DNA of 64,000 nucleotides, taken from Paraspadella gotoi (taxonomy: Eukaryota; Animalia; Chaetognatha). Positions 26,501 to 38,800 of this stretch are shown here, one piece after another; the stretch's first letter is position 1, and each line of letters starts with the position of its first letter. A program made the translations under genes and the position numbers. The stretch is from positions 12,335,235-12,399,234 of the forward strand of contig CM119271.1 in assembly GCA_051294375.1 (NCBI GenBank), read 5' to 3'. The notes under the pieces were generated by a model. That model searched no databases. It was not told the DNA's origin and saw only the letters and a list, made by a program, of their open reading frames with translations.

Positions 26501-29500
26501 ATAAGGTATAAAACAGACTAAATCCTCTAGAGTAAACCTTGGGCTTCTATTGGCGTAAATAGGTATTGTTTTTTTAATTTTGTTCAGGAGCTATGAATGT
26601 TAAATCCTGAAAAAATTTTAAAAAATTATTTATTTATTATTTTTGTCTGTGTGCTTACAATTTGAATGTTTATATATCTTCATTATCTACAAACATAAGC
26701 TTTAATTTGAGACCTCTCCCAACTTTTTACGATTTTCATTATTGAATTATACTAAAAATAAATTTTTTTAAAAAAAAAGATTAATCAATTAGTACTTTTC
26801 AAATGGATATTTTTTTAAAATAAAGATACAAAAATACAGTTCTACTTATAAGGGGGCTTAAAAACCAAATGTTAAAATAAAAATAATATAAAATTATATA
26901 AAAAATAAATAAAACAGATTATTAACTTTATTTTTTATAAAAATATATGATGTTTAATTAAAATAATCTCAAATAAAATAACAGGTATATAGTAGTTGAG
27001 TGTTTTAATTTAATCTCATATCCAGCTTTTAATAGCAATAATATTTGTTATTATTTACGAAAAAAATTATTTTGTAAAAAAAATATATCATTAAAAAATG
27101 TTAAAATCTTTTTCTGATCTTTAATTTTAGAATATTTACCCACTTTATCTTCATTCCCAATCCTATAAAGTAGTAGTTTGACTAAAGCTACAGGGTTTAG
27201 CCATAGCATAGCCATAGTGAGTACTTTTTCAAAAACTACCTTACAAATATGTAATTTAAGTAGATATCCAGAATAATAACCTGTTTTCAAAAAGTATAGA
27301 ATAATTCTTACTTTTTATATGACGTATCAAATTTTAAGAGCTTTTTATGGAGACGAATAATTTATTTGCCAACAATTTTATTATTAGACGAACATGTTTC
27401 GGCTCACAATTTGAGCCTTCATCAGCGTCAAAGTTCTTTGTGAATTACTCACAAATTTTTCTTCAAGCTTATGCTCTGTAGATAATGATAGATGTATAGA
27501 CATTAAAATTGTAAGCATTTTCACTAAACTATTTAAAAAATTTTATAAAAAATTTTCAAAAACTTTAATGAGCATTTAAAAAAAACCTGCCTTTATCGAA
27601 TTTTACTGACCTACCACATTAAGTGTCTCATGGGTATACTTTAAGATTTTATAGGTTTCAGAGATGGCACTTTTTTTGTTTCTTTCACATCCTCTCTGCT
27701 CTACCGTGTCTTATTATTGTTATTAGCAAGGCTTATGGCGCCACCCTCGAGGTTATTATAGATCAATTTACTAATAAATAATATTAAAAAACATATATGA
27801 ATATAAACATAACAGTAGAATTATTGTTAACTTAAATTCAAAGAATAGTATTAGAAAAATCTTTCAAAAATGCAATTATTTCCTTTTTTTTAGTTCTGAA
27901 ATATTAATGTATTTAATAATTTTAGTAATATACATGTATACATATAATTTATAAAAAAAATTAAAATATCTAGAACTATGTATAATTAACCAGAAAAGCT
28001 TAAAAATAACTAATTTTATTCTAGAACCATTTTATTTAAAAAAACAACAGCTATTTTTGAACCAGAAGTGGTACGCCACATAAAGTGGCGTGGAAAGTCC
28101 ATAAATCACAACCTGAAAATTTTTCATTGTGATATTCGTTTTTTTAAATTAAAATTGGAATAAGAAACTTTGCGAGAACTAACAACTTTTCTAAAGTAGG
28201 ATATTTTTGGGAGCCCTATTATACTTGTTAATATTTTGGAACATTTTTATTAATAATATATATCAAATATTGAGTGAGCTACTGTATTATTATTATTTGT
28301 AAATATTTTTTTTCATAATAATAACAAATATTATTACTATTAAAGCTGGATATGAGATTGAATTAAAATACTCAACGAATATATATATATATACCTGTTA
28401 TTTTATTTGAGATTAAGTTTTAATTAAACATCATATATTTTTTATAATAAAATAAAGTTAATAATCTGTTTTATTTATTTTTTATTATAATTTTATATTA
28501 TTTTTATTTTAAACATTTGTTTTAAAGCCTTATAAGTAGAACTGTATTTTGTATCTTTATTTTTAAAAAAAATATTCCATTTGAAAGTACTAATTGATTA
28601 ATTTTTTTTTTTTTAAATTTTATTTTTACGTATAATTCAATAATGAAAAATCGTAAAAAGTTGGGAGAGGTCTTAAATTAAAAGCTTATGTTTTGTAGAT
28701 AATGATAGATATATAAACATTCAAATTGTAAGCACACAGACAAAAATAATAAATAAATATTTTTTAAAATTTTTTTCAGGATTTACAATTCATAGCTCCT
28801 GAACAAAATTAAAAAACTATACCTATTTACGCCAATAGAAAGCCCAATGATTACTCTAGAGGATTTAGTCTGTTTTATACCTTATTTTATATCATTTTCA
28901 AAGTTATAAAGGGAAAATAAAAAAATGTGACTTAAAAATGCCGAGAACTCGGTTTTTTAAACATCAATAATTGGAAAAGTATTTTTTGGATTTTTAAAAA
29001 TAAAGTATGTAAAATGAAGTATTTTTTCCGCTCTTTAAATTGACGCAGGTTAAATTTGATTCCGACTGATATTTTTTAAGATATCTATCATTTTTTAATG
29101 AAAAAAAACCGTTTTTTTTGCAAATTTTGAAGAGTTGCAAGCACTTATTGATCGATTTTTCAAAAAACAAAGATAGAAAAAAATTAGTAAGCATATAGGG
29201 GACTAATTTGTACTATAGTGCTAAATTCTGTAAAAAACTTTATAAAATTTGCTAAGGCCTAGTGAGCATCAATCTTGATTGGACAATGGACAATGGAAAT
29301 TGGACATTGGAAATTGGACAATGGAAATTAGACATTGGATATTGGACATTGGATAATGGAAATTGGACAATGGACAATGGAAATTGGACAGTGGACGGGC
29401 GAAACTGAATGTGGATTGCTAATTGTCGTTGCGTGGATTATAAAGAAAATTAATACTTAATTTTTTAAAAAAATTATGTAAAAGCTATTTAAAAATATAG

Positions 29501-29617
29501 TTTCTGCCTCAAAACACGAAGTTTATTCAAAAAACTGAATTTTTTAGTAATAATTTTATTTTTTAACTGTTTTCGTCTTGATCCAAACCTGAAACTTAAA
29601 ACTTAAAATGTAAGAAA

Positions 29618-29688
<71 letters not shown>

Positions 29689-32600
29689 GAGAGAGAGGCT
29701 TCTAACCATTCCCAATCATTGAGCCAGGACGAGCCGTGCGGTCCTCCAGAGCCGGCGAAGGAGCCGCCCGACGAATGCTCCAACGAGGATGTTGAAGGAG
29801 GCGGAGCCAAAGGGGAAGAGTTCGAGTGGGACTATTGGGACGTGAGTTGAAGGGGTCGGGGTATGGAAGAGGGGCAGGGCTTCGGTGATGAACATGACAA
29901 ATACATAAAAGAATTTATGAGTTTTTTTTTTATCGGAAAACATGTATTGAAATAAAGAAATACGTGAAAAAAATTTCATAGAAAATAATAAATCCAAATT
30001 ATATAATTGTGGTAATATTTAAAAACCATCAATAGGTGTTTTTAATCCTTTTACATCAAAAACCACCTGACCGCCTGACCTATTGCCTTTCTCCCCCTCC
30101 ACCACCCCCCACGTGGACCCAGGGTCCGTGCGGAGATGATTCCCCGGAGGAGAAGAGTAACTCGGAATGCGGAGAATACATGGCGGTGCGCAAGGAGACT
30201 GGCATGGGAAATAAGGCGGTGGCGACGGCCAAAGCCTTGGAGGCGTTCGAGCAGGAAAAGTTGCGTCAAGTAAAATTGGCGCAGATGGCGTCGCAACGAA
30301 AAGAGAGATTGGCGGAACTGAGGGCAGAGGGACTGACCGACCCGGAAATTTGGGATATTCTTTGCGCCGGAGACGATAAGGGTCCGTGCGCTCTGGCCGG
30401 AGAATTTCCGCACCAAGATGCTTGCGATCCCGATCCGCCCCTCGTGGGCTGCCCCTGCCCGGATCCTCAATGCCCGAAGCGGGCCCCGTTCGATTATCAA
30501 ATGCACGAAGTCGATCTCTCCAAAATCGTAGGCGAGTTTTGAGTATCGTTTATTTTATCTTTAAATATTTAAATCGTTTATTTTATGGTGGACTAAAATC
30601 CACCAACCGTTCATCAGCGGCCATTGGTGGCAAGTCATTCGCCTCCCAACCCAAAGGTCCGGGGTTCTAGCCCGGTGGTCGTCTGGCAGTTAAGAGGGAC
30701 GGGGCGCTTAACCCGCCTGTAACATGGTGTTACAGCCTGATCCGAAGCTCAGGGACTGCTTATATTGAACGGTTCTATCACTAACTCATAACAATAATTA
30801 CTGTCTCTTCAATTTTAATCTTTAATTCGTGGCAAACGATAAGACTTAGTTCAGATCAGAATAATTTTATTCGCAACAAGAGACAAAACGTGAATGAAGG
30901 AAAAATATCAGGAGATGCTAAGACTAAGACAAAGGAAAAACGGTTAAGCCAGTTGGTGAATGAGGTCAATGACCTAAGAAACGATTAAACGGTGGTAAGT
31001 GAATGAGGGAGAAAGAGTTCATGCGTGTTCTTAGTGAGGAGAAATATCGGTTGACCACAAATTAATCTTTCTATCTCTCTGTGTTATTTTTTTCTATCCT
31101 CTTTCTTTCTTGCTTTTTATTTTTATCTTTTTATCTTGCTTTATTTCTTTTCTTAGACTTAGGGAGAGAGAGCGAGACAGAGACACACAGAGAGAGAGAG
31201 AGGTCCAGCAAAGCTAAATCCCCTGCTCCCTCTTCTTTTCCCACTCAGACAAGAAACTCTTACGCAGCGCTGAGAAATACTTAGCGAGCGACGCCTTCAA
31301 GACGATGGAATGCGAATTACGGAATCCAACTTATTACGACATCAACAAATGTTATCCAAAGAGAAAAGGAAATAAATGTCCTTGTCCAGAATGCGTCACT
31401 GAAGAGGACAAAGCTTGGGCCGAGGTCCGTCCTTGGAAAAAGGACAAAGGACAAGAGTGTTTTTTTTTGTTGGGTTTTTGTTTTCAGTAATTGTTATTAT
31501 TATCGTCTTTCTCTATTTATCTTTTTTTTATTTATCTTTTTCAGTCTCTCTTTCTCTCTCTCTCCCTTCAGTTGGAAAAGATGAGGATCGGCCCTCCCCC
31601 CGAGTGTCCGTGCCGCGACCCCAAGTGTCCGAAAAAAGATCCAAAGAACGATGAAGAAAATCAGGAAGAGAAGGACGAATGCGGACCGTGCGATATGAAG
31701 GGTACGGGGAATGCCGTACATGACGTCTGTATTAACGAGAATAGAATGGCAACAGCCGGGTTGCCTGTGATGCCCATTGGGATGGGGGATCTCACTGATG
31801 GCTTTGGGGGCTTCCGACCCTCAGTGACGCCTCCTGTCACTGGCGCTGTAACCCTAGGACGGTCTCACTTTGCCAACGCAGAGGGAAGTCGTCAAGACTG
31901 TGGATGGAACACTACGACTGGGCTGGTATGATCCCCCTCTGAGCCAATAGATTTGGCTGAACTAGCGGTGTGAATATATATATGTATATATATATATCTA
32001 GATTATTAAAGTGACTTGACAAAAGTCTCGCCCAATTTTATAAACATTCTGTCATCCCATCATTGTTCACCGATGCGACGCTTTCAGATGATTTGTCAAG
32101 ATTAATTACTGTAAATTCTCTAATGATACATGATATTTAACCAAATATCGGCCGCGTTCTTCTAGAAATTGGATTTTTTTTTCATAATCACGTCAGCTTA
32201 TTGTTATTTAACGTTTATTCTAACTTATATTTCTTAGCTCTTATGATTTATTAGTTACGAAAGTTGCAAAATTACCCGTTTCACTATACTTTACAAATAA
32301 TGCGAAAATTATACAATCGTTGGTTTCATTCGTATGTAACAGAATGAAACGCATGTGTCACATGAACAAATTACCCGTTGTAATAACTGTCTCTGTCTCT
32401 GTCTGTCTCTATCTCGCAAGGCTACTACCCTCCTCAATCCGGATGCCCGACCATCGTTCGATGCGATCTCATCTGCAATCCTTGCGACAAGAAGGAAGAA
32501 TGCGACAATTCGAAAGCGAAGAAGCCGGAGCCTCGATACAAGTGCGGACCCTGCAGCCTCAAACACCCCATGCCGCCGCAGGTCTGAAATTAAAACGAGG

Positions 32601-32830
32601 CTCGGCGCTGGATCGATTCCGAGCGTGTGAAGGTCTCATCGTCTGACTTACTCCTATTCTTAATTCCTTATTCCGCAACATCTGCTCAGTCGGCGTGCCC
32701 CGACTATGACTGCCACAACTGCGCCCTCGTATGTCACGTTTGCGGCTGCAGACCCAAGTTGTGTCCAAAGTGTGAAGAGGGAAATCCTCCGCCTCCGCCG
32801 GTTGTTCTCAGAGAGAGAGAGAGAGAGAGA

Positions 32831-32865
<35 letters not shown>

Positions 32866-35800
32866 TCAGCCAGATGCTTAGATGGATAGCGAGTGAAATT
32901 AGTGATTAACGCAGTAACCGGTTTCCACTAAAGCCTGAGTCATGATTCAATGTGGCCCGAGAAATGACCTCTTTTTTTAAACTTCGTGTTAACAAAGAAT
33001 ATTTAAAAAATGTTATTAACCTAAAGAAAATAATGCTTATTTTTATTAATACATATTCTTAACTTTCCCCATTGCTCCTCATCTCGCCGCCATCTCCAGG
33101 AGGGCGTACCTTGCCCTCCCTGTTCAATTCCGGGTCCTTACCCAAAACAATCGGACTGCAAATTGCTTCATCCCTGCGACTGGGAACATCCCTGCATGTG
33201 CGACCCCGCGTCCGGTGACCCTATCAATCCCGAGCGATGCGGTCCATGTCAATACAAACATACTCCGGGTTATCCGCCTCAGGTAATAAGAGTCAACGTC
33301 GTTTGGAATAAAGAAGTTAGGTTTGAAGAGGGGTTGCGAGATAAATGTCTCCAACATGAATGAACCTTGTCGAAAATGCTTAAACAATAGTGATATATCA
33401 TCTAGTTTTGAAATGACTCGATACGTATTCGTTCTACGAGGGGACTATCTCGCTCTCAAAGCTTTCTTAGGCGGTAGACGGTCAAACCTTTGAGAGGTTG
33501 CAGACAGAATGACGCATAATGTTGTTCAAAAAAAATTTAAAAAGGAGTAAAAAAAAAAAAAAAAAAAGGGGGGAGAGTCACCAGTCGTGGCCACTGGCCA
33601 GTCCCTCTTCGTGGCTCAGTCTCCCCTCTCTTTTGTCATCCGCTAGAAGAGAGTGGATGTCGCGTTTTCTTCGTTGTCGTGACCGTTGAAAACCTCGTAA
33701 CCCTTTACTAACGTGAACGTTGATCGTATTTTATCTTTCGAACCCCAGAGTGGTTGTCCCGGCGAACCTGGGGAATGCGAGAAGATTCGAGATCCGCAGG
33801 AGAGAAAATGTTGCGAGTTGAAAAAGGCTAAAGGAGGGAAACTCGGATTGGCGGTGAGATGAAAATGAGGGAGCCTGGTTGAATGAATTGTAAATGAATA
33901 TATGAAATTGGTACAACCAATATAAAAATGATCCATTCATTTAATAAATAAGCTATCTTGCCCCTGACTTTGGACAGGCTTTGGTGGTTTAAGGCCTCCA
34001 TCACTCTTACAAGCTAATGACATAGCAAGTCCCTGCAAGCTTTCAATCAAGACTCTCTCACAGTCTCGTTTATTCACTCCCAGAGTACCTGGCTTCCCTA
34101 TCAATGAAGTGGTATAATATTTCAAAGAATGTTTCAATTGTATGAAAAGACCACTCCCTTAAGTATTAGATCGGGGAATACTTATTGTAATCCGCACTAG
34201 CATCAAAATACAAAGAGCTGAATTTTATGAAATTGGTACAACAAATATAAAAATTATCCATTCATTTAATAAATAAGCTATCTTGCCCCTGAAATTTGGA
34301 AAATTACTCGTTCGATTATAATTTATAACTATCGTATCGAATTCTTTCATTTCGTTTTGTTTGAGATTAGAAGAAAAACAAGATTTATCATCGTTGTCGC
34401 TAACAAATCTTGTTTTTCTTCTGATTTATAACTATAAAACGCTAGATTTATCTATGCAAATATTCTGGCGACTCGAATTAACTTCAGTCATTCAAACATA
34501 AAACAGGATGCGTCAAAAATCTCCCTGTTGGACGAGTTCGAGAAGCGAGATTTGGACGGACAAGAACGGATGGTCTACAACGATGGAGGAATTGAGGTGT
34601 GGAGATAAATCTCTTATAATTGGAAGATGAGACTTAATTTAAATAAATAATTAATGAATTAATTCAACTTTGAAGCTTTCTCAATTTTTATGGTTGGTTG
34701 AAAATGTTTCTACTCAATAAACTGATTCCAATAAAAGCGCATATATAACAAAGAGAGCCTTTTTTTTACTTTAAATTTTAATAATCCAAAAAAATTAATA
34801 AATCGGATTAAATTAGACATTTCATAACAAATTCAACAAATTTTTTTTAACGACACATTTTGGTTTTTTTTTTTTTTTTCAACAGGGATTCTTTCTCAGC
34901 GAAGACAAGGAAAATCTGAGAGGAGATGCGGGGGAGCAATTGCAAGGATTCGATGGTGAGAGAAAGAAAAAAGAATTGAATTCAAAAGGAACCATCGATT
35001 CGTTAAGACTTTTTCTAAGACTTTTACGAAACGCCCCGGTTCAACTTAAATTCTGAATTAAATTCGTTTTTAGTTTTAAAAATTAAGTTAAAAAAAATTA
35101 TAAGGTTTAGGATTTAATTTAAATCAGAGATGTGGAAGCGATCGATATATAGCCGCTGCCAATCCGGCGCTTCCAAGACCCCTCCCGCTCCCGTTTTTCG
35201 GTGCAATCCTTACTTTTTTAGCCCGGATCGCTTTCGGTTTCGAGTGCACATCGCTTCCTTCTTTTAGAAATTTTATATTGTTATTATTTTAAAAATACTC
35301 TCTTTAGACAGGTAATTCATTGGTAAAATAATTTTTAAACAATCTTTTTTGTTAATAAATAACAAGTGAAATTTTTACTATGAAAAATTGTAAGATTTTA
35401 AGATTGTAATAATCGTTCGAGTGGAAATGAGTTTAAAAATGAAAAAAAACAAAACCTTTTTCCCTATTTGCGCTTTCTTTTTTATTAAATATAAATACAA
35501 GCTGCATTAATTATTCAATTGATCAATTAATTAATCAATCAATCAATCAACTAAACCACTAATCAATCAAAATCACTTAAAAATTAATGAATCAATTTTT
35601 ATCAATTATTAAATAATCAATTAATTTATCAATCAACTAATTAATAAATTTATTTATCAATAATTATTAAAAGAACTAATTAATTAATCAATCAATTAAT
35701 CAATCAATTAAACAATGTCAGTGTTATCATTGTCATCTCCAACGTCGTTGTTGCTTTTGTCCTGGTCAGTGACCTGACAAAAAGACCTAAAAATTAACAG

Positions 35801-38800
35801 GCCTGATATGAATTTATTTTATTGATCAATCAATCATTCAATTAATCATGATGGTGCTATCCTCGTTGTCATCATAATCATCATCAGGGATCGTTTTATA
35901 AATGAAAAGACAAAAAAACAAACAAGTTTGAGCTAACAATGCCAGAACTGATCAATTAATTAATTATTCAATCAATTAATCAAATTTCAATCAATCAATC
36001 AAAAATTAAGCATCAATCAATTTTGTCATCGTCGGTATTATCATTGTCGTGGTTGCCATCATTAATTATTTAATTAATTAAACTCTTTTATCTTTGTTGT
36101 ACATTGCAAAACTGTATCTTTATCATTTATTTATCCTTGTTGTTTTGTTTCTCTCTCACTCTCTCTCTCTCTTTAACAAGTTTCACTTCTTTTCACAACT
36201 CACTCAATCTGGCCTTACCTTCAACCTGTCCTCACATCTGACCACTATTCTGTCTCACCACTTTGTTGAAAACTTTTACCTTTTCTCTTTTCTCTCTCTC
36301 TCTCTCTCTCACACTCTCTTTTACACAAATTTATTATTGAATGTCATATGCTGATGAAGGCTTGAAGTAAAACAAGCCGAAACATTCCAACTATTAAATA
36401 AAAATCGTTGTTACAAAATTAAAATTCTTTGCTTTCTCTAAATTAATTAATTGAAATATTTTTTATAATGTTTGCGGTGACTCAAAACAAAAATTTATAG
36501 AAAAATTTGAGGCGTGTTTTTTGTGAAAAAGAAAACCTGGTATTATCAAAAACAGTAAAAAAGTAAAAAATGATAAAAATAATAACAACAACAACTAGTA
36601 TTTACATTGGCTGAGAAAAAGGTCAGCCATAACAAAGATTGGGTAAAAACAGGTCATTCTTATTGACCACTACTGTACTACGGCTCACAAAGTACAAAGA
36701 CTTCGTCGTCGTTTTCGTCATTGTATTCATCGTCGTTGTCGTCTTTGTTCAAATAATTTGAGCTCCCAAATGTTCGATGTTATTATTTTAATTAATTATA
36801 TGTAATTAATTAAAAATTTTTTTTTTCAATTAATTAATCAATTAATTACCGCTAATGATCGTGGGCAGATCCGGCATTGTTTGCTCAAACTTTTTTATTA
36901 ATAATTTTGATTTATTTATTTTATATATTTTTTTTATTTGCTTTTTTGTTCAGTGCAAGAGGGGAAAAAAAAAGAAAGATAGAGAGAGAGTGTGTGTTAG
37001 AGATTTAAGTATGTATAAGCATAATATTATGCAATATTGCCAATAAAACAGATCAATCCTTTTGGTTTAAACTTGTTTATTAACATGAAAAATGTTATGG
37101 ATTTAAAAAAAGGAGACTTAATTTAAAGAAAAATAATAAGAAATAAAATATTTTTAGTTTTATAGAATTAAAAAAGTTAATTTAAATTTTAATTTAAGTT
37201 AATTACAGTTTTTTTCAGATAGAAAAAATCTTTTTTTAGCTCAGATTTTATTTGAAATATATAAAAAGATAATTAAAAAAATAAATATGTAATTTTTTTT
37301 CATAGATTCTCGACCAAAGAGGAAAAGAGAATAAAAGAGAAAAAAAAATAAAAAGAAGAGAATAAGAAAAGTGAATAAAAAAATTAAGGAGCAAACAATT
37401 TTAAATGTTGAAAATAAATATTGAAAACAATTTTTAAAAAAAAATCAAGAAAGAGCAGGGGGTTGCAAAGATTTTAATACATTAAATACCTTTCATTTCT
37501 AACCAATAAAAACAAATGACCAGGAAGCGAACACGCAGGGTTATATAGCTTCCGGGTTCAATCCTTTTTTTCTCAATTTTTCTATCGCTCCCGGTTTCGG
37601 GTTCTCTTCAAAAAATCGGCCGCTTCCACAGTGTTCGGTTTCGCTTTCCGGATCGCGTTCACATCTCTGATTTAAATTCAAGGATTTTGGTTAGGAAATA
37701 AAAAATAATAATTAAAAATAAATTACAATTTTTAAAAAAATATATAAAGATTAAATATTGACTTAAAATTAAATTGAAATAGAGCGTTATCGACAAATAG
37801 TGCCGGAGAGGATAGTCGATAATCAATGTTACGATGTCCCCCAGGTTGCCCGATAGATGATTCAAACTCGGGTCACCCAGCCTGCGCCAAAGCCATAGAA
37901 CTCGGGACTCGAGTCATTTGCGTAGGAAACAAGAAACCAGTTTGGATCGACACAAAGACGAGGAGGAAGAAGAGATAATGGCAAAGACTCGCAAAAAGAA
38001 GCAAGACGTTGGTGGCCGGCAATCGATCTTGCAATCAGGAAGAGCCGGAAGATGTGGAAGAAGCGACGCCGATCAACCTGGCGGCCTTGAAGAGATCGAG
38101 AAGTTGCGCCGATGGCGGCGGAGAAAGAGGCTGCGGCGGCGGCGGGGCGTCGGCGGCGGCGGCGTCGAAGACGACCACCATGGCCTTGACGTCCGCTCCA
38201 TCGCGACCCCGCAACAACAACAACAACAAGGGGGAAGCGACGGCGACGATGAAGGTCGAGGCGAAGTCGTGGATCTCGATTTGAGTCCGGAAGAGTTGTG
38301 GAACTGGACAAGGCGTTGGAGGCCAAAGAGATTCGAGAGGCGACGAGGAAGAAGCTGCTCAAGATGGCCGCCTTGGAGGTGTTGAGGGAAGAGATCAGGT
38401 TGAGGGAGAAGAAAGAGGCGGCGGAGGAGGAATCGGGAGCGGCGGCTGCTGCGGGGAGAACCGCGGCGGAACCGAAGCGAACGCTGGCGGAAGAAATGAA
38501 CGACATGGACGAGAATTGCAACAAATCTTGTACCTTTTTGGGGATGGAGATCACTTGTGAGGCGTTGGGGGGGGGAGAGAGGAGTTTGAATGGGATCCGG
38601 TGGGGGGGGCGGGGGGGGGCGAAGGATAGTATTGGGAGTATCGTTTGGCAAATATGAGGGGGCGGGCGGGGAGGTAAAAATATTCTTTCTCTACTTTTTA
38701 AAAATGTTTATTAATTTTTTTTTTTTTTTTTTGTCAGCGTTTTTGCCCGCGTTCATGCGACCGAAGATGAAATGTATGGAAACCGTGGAGTGGGAAAAGT

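Noticed and set aside
33440-33520. Hairpin CTCTCAAAG..CTTTGAGAG followed by ACAGAA as a possible H/ACA snoRNA
   Set aside because: No well-placed second hairpin with an ACA box, and the spacing is not convincing.
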